From a virus (lineage: Duplodnaviria; Heunggongvirae; Uroviricota; Caudoviricetes), in the IMG/VR virus record IMGVR_UViG_2541047773_000007: DNA of 46,421 nucleotides; one strand, 5' to 3'. The position numbers were made by a program, and so were the translations under genes. Positions 19,596 through 31,493 of the stretch are shown piece by piece (the stretch's first letter is position 1; each line of letters opens with the position of its first letter). The notes under the pieces are model-generated. The model was not told the DNA's origin. It did no database searches and saw only the letters and a list, made by a program, of their open reading frames with translations.

Positions 19596-21554
19596 TTACG
19601 CCGTACATTTCACCAGACCGCGGTGATCAACTGGCGCGACACCGGCGTCAATACGCACTTTCGTTGTCACGCCATCCACACTGAAGCCCTCCATCTGATC
19701 AATATATGGCGTATCCACACCGTTGAGATAAGCCACTTCAATCGTATCGGAGCCTTTTGACGCAGCCAGGTAGAAGGTGGTCTGGCTGTTATCATCAAGA
19801 CGAGGCTCTGCAATAACGGTCGCAAAATCTTTCACCGGGTTAATAATACCGGCGTTAATGTCAGCCCCCTTGACACTTGAGGAGCGAATGACCTGGTTAG
19901 CAACAGACTCCATCGCCGTCGGTACCAGTACGAACGCAGGACGAATATTCAGATGACGCTCCCCCTCTTTCTGAACGCGCATCAACTGGCGGGCTTTATC
20001 CAGCGATGCCACGTCCATTGCAGCGCTCTCCAGTACGTTTGCATGTTTCGCTTTATCGAACAGACTTACATTATCTGTGGAGATTTTCGGGTTAGACGTC
20101 AGAATGGCATAAACCAGATCGGCAATAGTGGATTTCGCCGCACGGCCCAGTTTCATCGGGACATCGGTCAGCATATTCAGATCATCATTGATAATGGCCT
20201 GACGGGTGATACTGAACAGCTCGCCATAGGTCGCCAGTGCAATAGTGGCCTGTTTATCTCCGGTGGTGACGTATTTATATTCCGCCCCTTCACGCACCTG
20301 ACGCAGAGCACTGAAGCCCCCCATACCCACACGATGGGCAATTTTAAAATCAGACAACTGACCTTTCCGCGTCCATTGTTCATAGGTTTCAGGAGCATCT
20401 TCCCAGCCCTGCAGAATGGCTTTGTTCGCAACATCCAGCAGAATATTACCGAAGTCAGACGTACTGTGGGTGAACGCCGCACCGACCATCTGCATCGGGT
20501 TATAACCGGAAACCCCAATACCCCGTTCAGTCAGTGACATACGGGCATATTCACGCAGGGTCATCCCGTTGTAGACATTATCACGTTCGGTTTTTTCAAA
20601 TCCGGCACGCGCCATCAGCGCCTGGCGGATCCCGTCCCCCACAAAATTACCGTTACCAGCATAAATATGAGCCGGTGTATTTTTATTGGATGGCGTGGAC
20701 TCGCGCCCCATCTCGTTCAACAGCTTTTCGCGGGCCTGCTCCAGCGAACACTCAGGATCGGCAAGACACTGAGCCTGCAGCGTCTGATAACGCCCGCCAA
20801 ACATGGCAAACAGATCATTAATACCGTTTACACGCGCTTTTTGCTCTGCCAGTACCTGCGCACGGATACTGTTTTCATCCACCACGGGTGCTGCTGCCTG
20901 CACTGGCGTCCGGGAGGCTGCAGGTTCATCATCCTGTACGCGTGGAGCACTGTTGCGTGGCGGAGTAATCATGTTTCGAATGGATTCCGGCATCTTTTTA
21001 AATTCCTCTGTACGTTTTGACTGAATACATGCCATTGCCTTAACGGCTGGCGTCACCTGATCAGCAAATCCATGTGCCAGACATTCGGCACCGGACATCC
21101 AGGTCTCATCCGCCAGCATGGCAGCAATTTCATCGGTGGTTTTCCCGGTTTTCTGTGCATAAGCGGGTAACAGAACCGCCTCAACCTTATCGAGCAGGTC
21201 GGCATAGGTGCGCATGTCCTCCGCATCACCGCCCGTAAAGCCAAATGGTTTATGAATCATCATGAAGGTGTTTTCCGGCATAATGACCGGGTTTCCCACC
21301 ATCGCAATGACCGACGCCATTGACGCCGCCACACCGTCGACATAAACGGTAATGGACGCACCATGTGTTTTCAGCGCATTAAAAATGGCGATGCCTTCAA
21401 AGACATCGCCACCCGGTGAATTGATATGGAGATTAATGTGGGTGATATCGCCCAGTGCATTCAGATCACTGATAAACTGCTTCGCTGTAACACCCCAGAA
21501 ACCAATCTCGTCATAAATATAAATATCCGCGTCACTCTGGTGACCAGCCTGCAT
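19596..21554 (-). CDS. Fused ClpP-like prohead protease / major capsid protein
   Basis: N-terminal region DIYIYDEIGFWGV...HINSPGGDVFEGIAIFNALK...ASMASVIAMVG is ClpP/S14-like; C-terminal half is HK97-fold capsid-like; start taken at MQAGHQ just after the portal stop (track start overlaps portal). Confidence 0.8.
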   Translation of the reverse strand: MQAGHQSDADIYIYDEIGFWGVTAKQFISDLNALGDITHINLHINSPGGDVFEGIAIFNALKTHGASITVYVDGVAASMASVIAMVGNPVIMPENTFMMIHKPFGFTGGDAEDMRTYADLLDKVEAVLLPAYAQKTGKTTDEIAAMLADETWMSGAECLAHGFADQVTPAVKAMACIQSKRTEEFKKMPESIRNMITPPRNSAPRVQDDEPAASRTPVQAAAPVVDENSIRAQVLAEQKARVNGINDLFAMFGGRYQTLQAQCLADPECSLEQAREKLLNEMGRESTPSNKNTPAHIYAGNGNFVGDGIRQALMARAGFEKTERDNVYNGMTLREYARMSLTERGIGVSGYNPMQMVGAAFTHSTSDFGNILLDVANKAILQGWEDAPETYEQWTRKGQLSDFKIAHRVGMGGFSALRQVREGAEYKYVTTGDKQATIALATYGELFSITRQAIINDDLNMLTDVPMKLGRAAKSTIADLVYAILTSNPKISTDNVSLFDKAKHANVLESAAMDVASLDKARQLMRVQKEGERHLNIRPAFVLVPTAMESVANQVIRSSSVKGADINAGIINPVKDFATVIAEPRLDDNSQTTFYLAASKGSDTIEVAYLNGVDTPYIDQMEGFSVDGVTTKVRIDAGVAPVDHRGLVKCTA

Positions 21555-21567
21555 CCTGAACCAGGAA

Positions 21568-23076
21568 TTATTCTTCGGACTGGTCGTCGGTGTGCTGCGG
21601 CTCCTGTCGTTTCGTTGCGGCACTGCTGCCTCCTTTATCACTGGCCGGATCGGTATCAAATACCAGATCCAGCTTGCGGTTTTCATCAATTTCTGCCTTG
21701 CGCCGACGTTTGACATCATCCGGATTACGACCACCTGCACGTACCCAGTCTGATTCTGTCGCCGCTCCACCACGAATCTGAATTTTCCAGGCCTCAGCCT
21801 CCTTAACAGGGTCAATCCACGGCATCACCGGTCCGGAATACACCGCGGTATACAGTGAAGAACGGTCAAGATCGCGGGGTAGCCTGATAACACCGGATGC
21901 CACAGCCTGTTTCAGCCAGGCACGATACATCGGGCGGGTGACGGCACCAATAAACCAGTCCTGCAGGATCAGGTAGCCATCAGTGGATTCAACCAGCTCC
22001 TGACGCTGGGCGCTGTAAGTGCCGTTATAGTTGCGCGCTGTACTGGAAAAACTCAGACGACTGCCCGCCGCCACGGCACGCAACTGACCATTACGAAAAG
22101 TTTCAAGGTTAGGATTGGGGCGATCCGACTTCACCATTCCGATTTCTTCGCCGGGTTTCAGATCGTCGTAAATAATGCCTGGCTGAATGGTAAGCTCGCG
22201 TTCATTCTCCTTGCTGTCATTACCATCCGTTTCATAGCTCTGTCCGTCGCCTTTGCGGATGTACATCCCCAGAGCAGCAGCGATCCTTGCTGCAGTCAGC
22301 TCAGAATCTTCATATTCTTTCAGGGCACTGAGGCGGATCAGCACACCGGACAATAAAGACGTCCCGCGCATCTGGTGCAGACGGCGAACAAATTTAAGAT
22401 GCAGCATTCGCTCTGCATCCACTTCTTTGGTTTCCATCTGCCGTCCGGATACAGGACGACTTTTATACACCAGATATTTTTCGGGACGCCCCCAGTCATC
22501 AACAAACACGCCCTGATTCAGCCTGTTGCTCTCATCACTGGTCATGGGAATAAAGTCTGGCTCGAGTGCCTCCAGCCAGAAATGAACACCGGCAGAAGGC
22601 GTCAGGCTGTTTATGCGCCCGGAAACCATCTGGGCAAACACCTCACCATCGCGCAGCCAGGTACGCAGCATCAGACGTTCCAGCATCGGACGGGTAAACT
22701 GCCCGGTAACTTCCGGACTGACAGACCATTCACTCCATCGGGTGCGTATCTCCGCTGCCAGATCACGGGCAATGGCCCCATTGCGTAATACCGGATGTGG
22801 CTCGACAATAATCCCGTTTTTCCCCACCACCCGTTCTTCCAGCTTGTCAAATACACCAATGACCAGATCGTGGTTGTTATCAAGGTAACGGGCCTGCTCA
22901 CGTAACGACACGGCCCCGTAGAGGCTTAACTGGTCGGCAGTTCGGTTTTCCCGCCGGGCTTTGTGTGTCCGCGTCGTTTTTACGGCCTCATAAGCCTGGA
23001 TCACCGCCCGGGAACGCAGCCTTGCCGCTTTCCATCCTGGTGAAAAAACGCCAATCACATCATCAAGAATTGCCAT
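21568..23076 (-). CDS. Portal protein
   Basis: About 500 aa between gpW-like gene and capsid gene; start assumed at MAILDDVIGVF (ATGA overlap with the upstream stop). Confidence 0.85.
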   Translation of the reverse strand: MAILDDVIGVFSPGWKAARLRSRAVIQAYEAVKTTRTHKARRENRTADQLSLYGAVSLREQARYLDNNHDLVIGVFDKLEERVVGKNGIIVEPHPVLRNGAIARDLAAEIRTRWSEWSVSPEVTGQFTRPMLERLMLRTWLRDGEVFAQMVSGRINSLTPSAGVHFWLEALEPDFIPMTSDESNRLNQGVFVDDWGRPEKYLVYKSRPVSGRQMETKEVDAERMLHLKFVRRLHQMRGTSLLSGVLIRLSALKEYEDSELTAARIAAALGMYIRKGDGQSYETDGNDSKENERELTIQPGIIYDDLKPGEEIGMVKSDRPNPNLETFRNGQLRAVAAGSRLSFSSTARNYNGTYSAQRQELVESTDGYLILQDWFIGAVTRPMYRAWLKQAVASGVIRLPRDLDRSSLYTAVYSGPVMPWIDPVKEAEAWKIQIRGGAATESDWVRAGGRNPDDVKRRRKAEIDENRKLDLVFDTDPASDKGGSSAATKRQEPQHTDDQSEE

Positions 23077-23294
23077 CAGAACCTCGCCAGCCGGTACCCG
23101 GGATGCCCCCGTCGTCGTGTAATCAGAGCCGCAAGGCGGCGCTCCCACTCCTGCCGTCCCTGCCGGATCTCAGATAAGTTTTCCATGGTCATCTGCTGAC
23201 CATTAAAGGTGACGGATTTTCCGTCCAGCACCGCCATTTCAGCTTCCGTATAACGCTGAATCATGGCTTCGATATCATTCTGGTTCATAACCAT
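23076..23294 (-). CDS. gpW-like head-tail connector protein
   Basis: 72 aa between terminase large subunit and portal, the lambda W position; similar size. Confidence 0.6.
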   Translation of the reverse strand: MVMNQNDIEAMIQRYTEAEMAVLDGKSVTFNGQQMTMENLSEIRQGRQEWERRLAALITRRRGHPGYRLARF

Positions 23295-25384
23295 CCTCCG
23301 GAAGTCAGCCAGGGGTTAACATCGTCAGTTACTGTTTTCTTCCGTTTTTGTTTTTTAACAGGCGTGGATACCGGTTCCGGTGAGGGTGACGGTTCGGTAC
23401 TGTCCGGGACACACTCCAGCCAGGTTTCCCGGCTCGCCCACTCCGGTGCATCCGGCCAGCGGATCTTTTCGTATCCATGCAGAATGACCAGAGCCTCGGC
23501 ATACACCATCAGGTCAAAAGCTTCGTTGGCACCGCGACCCGGCTTACTCCATTTCCCGTCACTGCTCCGCTCTTCATACGTCAGTTCGTCGTAAAACCAG
23601 CTCCCCAGCCAGTCAGGGAAATGCACATAGCCGGGACCTGGCGAGTCACGCCATAACGCGTTATTCACCCGGTCTTTCAGTGCATCCGTCTGAAGAAGCC
23701 AGAGCGGCACATCACCTGCGGCCTGCGCCCGTCGGCCCGTTCGTCCGGTGTTATCAGGGAATGTACGGGTGATCAGTTTTGCGCGCCGGATGCTGTCGCC
23801 CTTAAACAGGTAAATACGTTTACCAAGGCCATCACGACGGCAACGACGCCAGAATTTATAGGCATTATCAGTGACCCCGTCTTCACCGCCGGAGTCCACC
23901 GCCATTGCCATCAGTCGCATTTGTTGAGAAGGATCGGAGGCCAGCGGCCAGCTTTTATGAAAAACATCCGTCAGCAGGACATCCCAGTCTTCCGGATAGC
24001 TGGCCGGATCAATTCGCTGGCTCTCCCCGTCGCAGTCACTGCGCAATGACTGCGTGATATTGTAACGATCAATAATCCAGCGTTCGCCACGACTGCCATA
24101 GCCCGTTACCTGAACCACAAAACGGCGATGACGTCCCGCCTGCACATCCACTGTCGCCACAAGGAAATTAACGCCATCCGGCACACTGCAGGAAGGAACT
24201 GGCTCTGCCCGCTGCTCAAGCAGTTCACTTTTTCGTTGCTCCATGCTGGCACGAGGAAGATAAGGCAATCCCCAGTCGGTGTTGATAACCGCCCTGAGTG
24301 TTTCTTCGCTTCCTGTCGCTTCATACTCCTGTTCTGCAGTCAGTAATTTGTAAACCAGTTGCGCCCAGGTCTGATACGCAGCAGCTGGCCCTTCCATCCA
24401 GAAACTGGCGATACGGGAGCGGCGCGGTTCACCGGAAACGTTGCCGTTACGATCAATGACCTGACCTTCACGCAACCAGACTCCTGCACTATTGAGCTCA
24501 CGCTTTTTCTCCGCAGTGATAATGCCGCTGCAGTGCGGGCAAAGTAGATACGCCGCCTCACTGGCTTTAAAGGGATCCGGTTCATTACGGTAGCCGGTCA
24601 TGGCATCCATAGCTGGCTGAAAATATTCACCGCAGTGCGGACATGGCCAGTACCAGCGGCGGCGGTCACCACGATTGTAAAGGGAAAGAATACCAGTCGT
24701 CGGTGGCGCTTCATGAGGCGACTTACGTCGCCATTTGCTGTCGCAGATGTCACGTCCCGGCGAGCTCTCCACCAGAGTCATCCCGGCGGACATAAATGTG
24801 GTGGTACGTTTTGAGGCCAGGGAGAAACCATCACCCTCGCTGTCGATATTCTCCGGAAAACGGTCGTAATCGGTTAAGGCGACAAACCGGTAATCCGACG
24901 ACGACATAATGTTGACCGAGGGCCAACCAATTTTAAGGAACGAGCCATCCCTGAACGTCTTATCATGGACATTATTGTCGTTACGACGTGGACTCATTCT
25001 TTTCTTTACCGCCGCACTGCTTCTGAACGTTCTGTCGAGGCGCTTTTTAGAATGCTCGCGGGCCTTATCTTCGGTCATCTGCACAACGAGCATGTCCGAA
25101 GGATCGCAAACGATGGTATAGACAATCCATCCATCGATCAGACCAATGGTCTTCCCTGTTCGCGCAGGACCAACAAAAATCACCGCATCGTATTCACGCG
25201 ATGCCAGGCAGTTCAAGGGCTCAATGATGTAGGGTGTCAGTTCAGGATCCCATGGCACCGAGTTACCAGCCCCCTTGGGAACACGCATGAATTTTTTAAC
25301 AGCCTCCGAAATCGGCATGCGACGTGGTGGGGAAAATCCTGCCGATATGTCCCTTCCCAAATTTCGGGCTGATGAAAAACCCAT
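23285..25384 (-). CDS. Terminase large subunit
   Basis: 699 aa; Walker A-like VIFVGPARTGKT; zinc-ribbon-like CPHCGEYF...CPHCSG; position after terS. Confidence 0.9.
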   Translation of the reverse strand: MGFSSARNLGRDISAGFSPPRRMPISEAVKKFMRVPKGAGNSVPWDPELTPYIIEPLNCLASREYDAVIFVGPARTGKTIGLIDGWIVYTIVCDPSDMLVVQMTEDKAREHSKKRLDRTFRSSAAVKKRMSPRRNDNNVHDKTFRDGSFLKIGWPSVNIMSSSDYRFVALTDYDRFPENIDSEGDGFSLASKRTTTFMSAGMTLVESSPGRDICDSKWRRKSPHEAPPTTGILSLYNRGDRRRWYWPCPHCGEYFQPAMDAMTGYRNEPDPFKASEAAYLLCPHCSGIITAEKKRELNSAGVWLREGQVIDRNGNVSGEPRRSRIASFWMEGPAAAYQTWAQLVYKLLTAEQEYEATGSEETLRAVINTDWGLPYLPRASMEQRKSELLEQRAEPVPSCSVPDGVNFLVATVDVQAGRHRRFVVQVTGYGSRGERWIIDRYNITQSLRSDCDGESQRIDPASYPEDWDVLLTDVFHKSWPLASDPSQQMRLMAMAVDSGGEDGVTDNAYKFWRRCRRDGLGKRIYLFKGDSIRRAKLITRTFPDNTGRTGRRAQAAGDVPLWLLQTDALKDRVNNALWRDSPGPGYVHFPDWLGSWFYDELTYEERSSDGKWSKPGRGANEAFDLMVYAEALVILHGYEKIRWPDAPEWASRETWLECVPDSTEPSPSPEPVSTPVKKQKRKKTVTDDVNPWLTSGGWL

Positions 25385-25392
25385 TATTCCTC

Positions 25393-25932
25393 CTAGAGAC
25401 TCTCTCCTTCCTCATCAGGAATTAATTCAGCAGCACAAGCCTCGTAGGATTTTTCCTGAAGAGTGTATCGCAGGTCATCAATGGCCTGCTGTACAACGCC
25501 GACGGCCTGAGGAGTCAGAGCGCAATCGCGTTCAAGAACATCCGGAATTGTCTCCAGAACCTGGACGACAGCCTTTCTCATGGACGAATAGACGATGACT
25601 ACTTCATCAACTGGGATGAGTTTTCGCTGCTCCTTTTCCAGCTTGATCCTTTCATTTTCAGACTGGTACCAGTCCTTTCTCTCTTTCGGCTCCATACGGG
25701 ATGGATCATGAACAGAGTCTGCTGCCTCATGCTTCACACTAAACAGGGCGGGCCCGACATGCTGCAGGGCGTAAACGGGGTTCCCCCTGACAGTCGCAGC
25801 CACAGGAGTGTTGGCCGCGAGGAGCCGTTTTTTTACTGTGTCCCGGTGAAGCCCAAAGGCCTCGGCGATTTTAAAAACACTCCAGTAATAAGCATCACCG
25901 ATCCCGCTCACATTTGACATAAGCAACTCCAT
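25393..25932 (-). CDS. Terminase small subunit
   Basis: 179 aa immediately upstream of terL with HTH-like N-terminus, about 170 bp from the cos-like site. Confidence 0.7.
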   Translation of the reverse strand: MELLMSNVSGIGDAYYWSVFKIAEAFGLHRDTVKKRLLAANTPVAATVRGNPVYALQHVGPALFSVKHEAADSVHDPSRMEPKERKDWYQSENERIKLEKEQRKLIPVDEVVIVYSSMRKAVVQVLETIPDVLERDCALTPQAVGVVQQAIDDLRYTLQEKSYEACAAELIPDEEGESL

Positions 25933-26039
25933 CTGGCAGGTGAAAATCAGGTTTATTTATATATTTCAATTAATTGCAAACTGGTCTAATGACAGGAAGA
26001 AAAAAATATTGTACAGGTGAAAAGAGAAATAACTTTTAA

Positions 26040-26125
26040 TTATCAATAAATTACCAAACATGCTGCCGCCGCCATGGAAATGCAAAAACTAGCCTTTTTC
26101 CGCGACGCTCCCGCCCCGTGGCAGG
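26040..26125. other. Putative cos site (cosN-like GGGCGGGAGCGT on minus strand plus cosB-like spacer to terS)
   Basis: Minus-strand ...CACGGGGCGGGAGCGTCGCGG... resembles lambda cosN ...ACGGGGCGGCGACCTCGCGGG...; spacing to terS start is lambda-like. Confidence 0.4.
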
Positions 26126-26476
26126 GGCCCCCACCGGGAGGACCCGACAGCCTGACAGCCGTGACGAGCATCTGATACAGCGCTTTACATAATGGCATAG
26201 GAATAATTCAGAAGGACATCACAGCATGCCCACACAAATTAGTGTGAGTGTCCTGTTTCTTCCTACGCACAGGACTGACGAGCATGAGGGGAAAATACGC
26301 GAACCATAAATGCCTCATCTTCAGCAATGCAGCCGAACAGGACGATATTGTAAATTCACCTAATTACGAGGACATTGCAGTAGTTGAATTGCAGCTCTGT
26401 ATTAGCCTGCAGTGACAGAATGCGATATTGACTCTGTCACAGGTGAAATAGTTTGAATGATTAGCAGTTATGGTGC

Positions 26477-26683
26477 TCAGTCAACCACCAGGGAATAATC
26501 CTTCGAATTCTTATCGTGCTTCACCAACGCTGCCTCAATTGCCCTGAATGCTTCCAGAGACACCTGATGTTCTATACATGCAATTACAACATCCGGGTAA
26601 CTCATAGAAATGGTGCTATTAAGCATATTTTTTACACGAATCAGATCCAACGAGAGTTCATCAGCAGATTGTTCTTTATTCAT
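26477..26683 (-). CDS. Hypothetical small protein (moron between cos and lysis genes)
   Basis: 68-aa ORF; no recognised motif. Confidence 0.35.
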   Translation of the reverse strand: MNKEQSADELSLDLIRVKNMLNSTISMSYPDVVIACIEHQVSLEAFRAIEAALVKHDKNSKDYSLVVD

Positions 26684-26983
26684 TTTGTCGCTCCATGCGT
26701 TTGCTCGTCATCTAGCGGTTAAAATATTACTTCAAATCTTTCTGCATAAAAGAGGAAAAGTATGAAAGTTTGAGTACATCGACCTTACATACATCTGTCG
26801 GTTGCATATCCCTCCTGGATGCCAGCAAGGCTCAACTTTGTTACGCAACCAACACTATTTATTGAAAACAGGCTTAATATTTGACATAAATCATCAACAA
26901 AACACAAAGAGGTCAGACCAGATTGAAACAATAAACACGATAATGCAAACTACGCGTCATCGTATCACATGGAAGGTTTACCA

Positions 26984-27394
26984 ATGGCTCAGGCTGCCAT
27001 TTTTAAAGAAATATTCGATCAAGTGCGTAAAGATTTAAACTGTGAATTATTTTATTCTGAGCTAAAACGTCACAATGTCTCACTTTATATTTACTATTTA
27101 GCCACAGATAATATTCACATTGTGTTAGAAAACGACAACATAGTGTTAGTAAAAGGACTCAAAAAGGTTGTAAATGTTAAATTCTCCAGAAACAAACATC
27201 TTATAGAGACCTCCTATAATAAGTTGAAATCAAAAGAAATCACATTTCAACAATACAGGGAAAATCTTGCTAAAGCAGGAGTTTTCCGATGGGTTACAAA
27301 TATCCATGAACACCAAAGATATTACTATACCTTTGATAACTCATTACTATTTACTGAAAGCATCCAGAAAACTACACAAATCTTACCACGCTAA
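26984..27394 (+). CDS. ydfO: DUF1398-family protein (YdfO/YbcV-like)
   Basis: [33 protein letters not shown]...; matches recalled YdfO/YbcV family; Qin moron position. Confidence 0.55.
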   Translation: MAQAAIFKEIFDQVRKDLNCELFYSELKRHNVSLYIYYLATDNIHIVLENDNIVLVKGLKKVVNVKFSRNKHLIETSYNKLKSKEITFQQYRENLAKAGVFRWVTNIHEHQRYYYTFDNSLLFTESIQKTTQILPR

Positions 27395-27545
27395 ACCATA
27401 ACGTCCGGCTTCTCTCACTCCTGAGCCGGACTGCATTGGTTTAATAAAAACCATCAACAATTGTGATTTAGATATTCGGAACCATTCAAATATAACAAAA
27501 CCCCGTAAAAACGAGGTTTATGGATAAATTTTATTATTGAATACA

Positions 27546-27719
27546 TCAGATTAAATTAATCTTGACATCATAGCTTTCAAGACCCGTCATTTTTTCCCGT
27601 GCGGTAAACTGAATACTGGTAACTTCTTTCCCGGTCTTTTTCTTAAGTTCAATAATTTTTTTTGTTATATATTCAGAAATATCTGCTTCTGCTTTTGTTT
27701 TTAAGTCTTCAATATTCAT
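27546..27719 (-). CDS. gnsB: GnsA/GnsB-family small protein
   Basis: 57-codon ORF not in the track (below size cut-off): MNIEDLKTKAEADISEYITKKIIELKKKTGKEVTSIQFTAREKMTGLESYDVKINLI, closely resembling recalled GnsA/GnsB. Confidence 0.65.
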   Translation of the reverse strand: MNIEDLKTKAEADISEYITKKIIELKKKTGKEVTSIQFTAREKMTGLESYDVKINLI

Positions 27720-27891
27720 CATTTCCTCTTTTAGTCTGTTATGACTTTCCAGTTACACTGGTAAGTCGATTATATGGTGCAAACGTGTAAAAGATAAGAT
27801 GAAACATCGCAATAATCAACATACGATAGTCTAAATTTTACACAAACAGACAAAGAGAATTTTCCTGAATTATCAATGCAATAGCATCAAA

Positions 27892-28122
27892 TCAACTCAA
27901 GAGCCTTATTGCTGCTTCCAGAATTTCTTCTGAAGTAACATGCCGATCCGCGGCTACATAAATGACTTTATGATCTCCGGTCAGAGATGGAAACCCTGCG
28001 GCCATTACAGTAAGGTGTGTTTTTTCGCCATTTGGATATTCACGCATGATGGTGTTAACTCCAGTCATCGCTGGCACTACCACTGCTGGTTCAGAGTTAA
28101 AAAAAACTATGATTTTTTTCAT
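27892..28122 (-). CDS. Hypothetical protein
   Basis: 76 aa from ATG (MKKIIVFFNSE...); the track ORF starts at an upstream TTG. Confidence 0.4.
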   Translation of the reverse strand: MKKIIVFFNSEPAVVVPAMTGVNTIMREYPNGEKTHLTVMAAGFPSLTGDHKVIYVAADRHVTSEEILEAAIRLLS

Positions 28123-28393
28123 GATGTTACCGTAGTATGTGAGTATCCATCGAATAGACACCAAGCAAAAAAGCTCCCGAAGGAGCCTTCATTTTCACTT
28201 TTTTAAATCCAACGACAGACGGCTGGCATTTAAGTATTGTGAAATATTATCAAATGTAATCATCATTGATTTACAAAAGATACATTTTGCCCCGAAAGGA
28301 TTCATGTCAGAAACATCAAAAGATGATGTTCTATACTGGGAACCATGACAACACGGGCATCTAAAGTGAATATGGTTTGTAATATTGTCTACC

Positions 28394-28606
28394 TCAAAGC
28401 GCCACTACATGAACAGCGGCAGGACCTTTAGGTCCGTTCTCAATACCAAATTCAACTTCCTGATTCTCAGTTAATGTTTTGAAATCGTTGCTCTGAATTG
28501 CTGAGAAATGGACAAACACATCTTTGCTGCCATCTTTCGGCGTGATGAAACCAAAACCTTTTTCAGGGTTAAACCATTTCACTAAACCAGTCATTTTGTT
28601 AGACAT
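28394..28606 (-). CDS. cspI: Cold shock protein, CspA family
   Basis: 70 aa [38 protein letters not shown]...; RNP1/RNP2 motifs; Qin position equals cspI. Confidence 0.85.
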   Translation of the reverse strand: MSNKMTGLVKWFNPEKGFGFITPKDGSKDVFVHFSAIQSNDFKTLTENQEVEFGIENGPKGPAAVHVVAL

Positions 28607-28974
28607 AATTATTACCTTTTGAAGAAATTAGCCCTTGGGCAGAATGGTCCGAAAAAAAATATCAGAGAGAAAAACCAACAAGGAAATCTCAAGAGGTACA
28701 AATAATAAAATTATAACAATGACTGCTTCAGATAAATTTGTAACAAACCAGAACACCATTAACGCATGATTAACCACCCATAGCAAGGATTACTTTTGTA
28801 AAGAAAAACACAGCAATGAAAGAATAGCTTTATTTATTAATAAAACGTGTCATTCTGATTAAGACCTTTTATCTTACCCTTAAGATTTCAGGAATTTTGA
28901 CTGATGGAAGAGTCCTTTTTATTTAAATTTTACATTCAGCGATGTAAATGTTCCGATTTAATATTACCCTACAT

Positions 28975-29992
<1,018 letters not shown>

Positions 29993-29996
<4 letters not shown>

Positions 29997-30304
29997 ATAT
30001 ATTTATGATGAGGACGCTCGTGCTTATTGGCAGGATTTTCAATCTTAAAGGAGTACTGATGCTGCAGATAAGACTCAACTTTTTCTGACAATTTTTCTGC
30101 TACTTCCAGGAAGACTTGCCGGACGCTCCTTCTGGCTGCTGCCTCATAAAACTCCAGCGCAGCTCCTTCAACACGGTCCATGGCGACATCCAGGCCAAAA
30201 ATTTCACCGTCAAAGCGTTCTTTGTCCTGTAAGGCTACAGTTACCGTAACTTTATTCTCAAAATTACGGACTCCTTTCACAACCAGTTCATAGTCTTGAG
30301 TCAT
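29993..30304 (-). CDS. Hypothetical protein between holin and endolysin (YdfR-like position)
   Basis: 103-aa ORF coupled to flanking lysis genes; function unknown. Confidence 0.5.
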
Positions 30305-30308
30305 TGGA

Positions 30309-30524
30309 TTACTCTCCTCTCGCAGCCTTACGCCTGTCTTCTTTAATCTTGAAATAAAGATTTGTCAGATACGTCAGCAGGCCAAAAACCAGGCTACCCA
30401 GCACACCGATTGCAGCCCACTGTGACGGAGTTACTTTATCGAGTAACTGCAATGCCCAGAAACCAGCATTACCCGCCGATGTGCCATAGGCAACACCTGT
30501 TGTTAACTTATCCATTGATTTCAT
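30309..30524 (-). CDS. Class II holin (pinholin, S21-like) with dual-start motif
   Basis: [71 protein letters not shown] closely resembles phage 21 S21; track ORF has an upstream extension. Confidence 0.85.
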   Translation of the reverse strand: MKSMDKLTTGVAYGTSAGNAGFWALQLLDKVTPSQWAAIGVLGSLVFGLLTYLTNLYFKIKEDRRKAARGE

Positions 30525-30743
30525 ATCCTCACCCCGATGAACACGGATGGTGCAATATGTTTGAAAAGATCGGAGTCTACGGGGTAGTTTTGACAGCACA
30601 CGCTGTTCTCAACGGCGCTAAAGAAACATACACATTAAAAATGTGAGTAATTATTTTGAAAGAAAGTCATATATAAAATAATAATACGAGAAATGTTTTC
30701 ATATTTAGTGTACTGTATACGGCCATTTATACAGGAAAAGCCT

Positions 30744-30914
30744 ATGTCAGAACGTAAAGACTCAAAATCACGCCGTAATTATCTCGTTAAATGTTCCTGC
30801 CCAAACTGCACCCAAGAGTCAGAACACAGTTTTTCAAGAGTACAAAAAGGTGCCCTTTTGATCTGCCCTCATTGCAACAAAGTATTCCAGACAAATCTTA
30901 AAGCTGTAGCCTGA
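30744..30914 (+). CDS. Small putative zinc-ribbon protein
   Basis: 56 aa from ATG with CxxC...CxxC (CSCPNC...CPHCNK); opposite strand to lysis genes. Confidence 0.35.
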   Translation: MSERKDSKSRRNYLVKCSCPNCTQESEHSFSRVQKGALLICPHCNKVFQTNLKAVA

Positions 30915-30970
30915 TTGATTTTATTAGTAACAAGTATTTTTTATATTTTAATAATATATTTAAAGCAGAT

Positions 30971-30996
30971 AATAAAAAACCCGCCTGAGCGGGTTT
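30971..30996 (-). terminator. Rho-independent terminator downstream of cspB
   Basis: Hairpin AAACCCGC-CTGA-GCGGGTTT followed on the minus strand by a T-run. Confidence 0.55.
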
Positions 30997-31277
30997 GAGA
31001 TTGTGGTGCTTTTTGTGGGAGTCATCCACTTACGCACTTTGTTTTGCCATGCCAGCAGTTAGCTTCTGCTGTAAAACTATTCATGCAGCAAACCTGCACT
31101 TCACCACAATGGTTAGCATACTTTTCCTGATTAAGATTTTGCCAAATATGCTGGCCATTGTTTCATGTATTGGACCTCCTTAAATTTTATTAAAGAAATC
31201 CAATATTCACTACTCTGTCCGTATCTCTACTCAGGCATCAGCCTTCTTCGTTATCGTATACAGACGAGCGATGAATT

Positions 31278-31493
31278 TTAATCAGTAATGATGACATTTG
31301 CTGCTGCAGGACCTTTAGCACCACTCTCTATAGAGAAGGTAACCTTTTGACCTTCAAATAAGGTTCGATAATTATCATTCTGAATCGCAGAAAAATGCAC
31401 AAACACATCTTTACTACCATCAACAGGAGAAATAAAGCCGAAACCTTTATCAGCGTTAAACCATTTTACTAAACCAGTCATTTTATTTGACAT
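31278..31493 (-). CDS. cspB: Cold shock protein, CspA family
   Basis: 71 aa [43 protein letters not shown]...; Qin position equals cspB. Confidence 0.8.
   Translation of the reverse strand: MSNKMTGLVKWFNADKGFGFISPVDGSKDVFVHFSAIQNDNYRTLFEGQKVTFSIESGAKGPAAANVIITD

Noticed and set aside
21555-21815. N-terminal 87-codon extension of the protease-capsid ORF
   Set aside because: Overlaps the 3' end of the portal gene in another frame; the ATG just downstream of the portal stop gives a sensible start.
26100-26170. GC-rich island considered as an integron/REP-like element
   Set aside because: Its position upstream of terS and resemblance to lambda cosN favour a cos site; no repeat copies elsewhere in the window.
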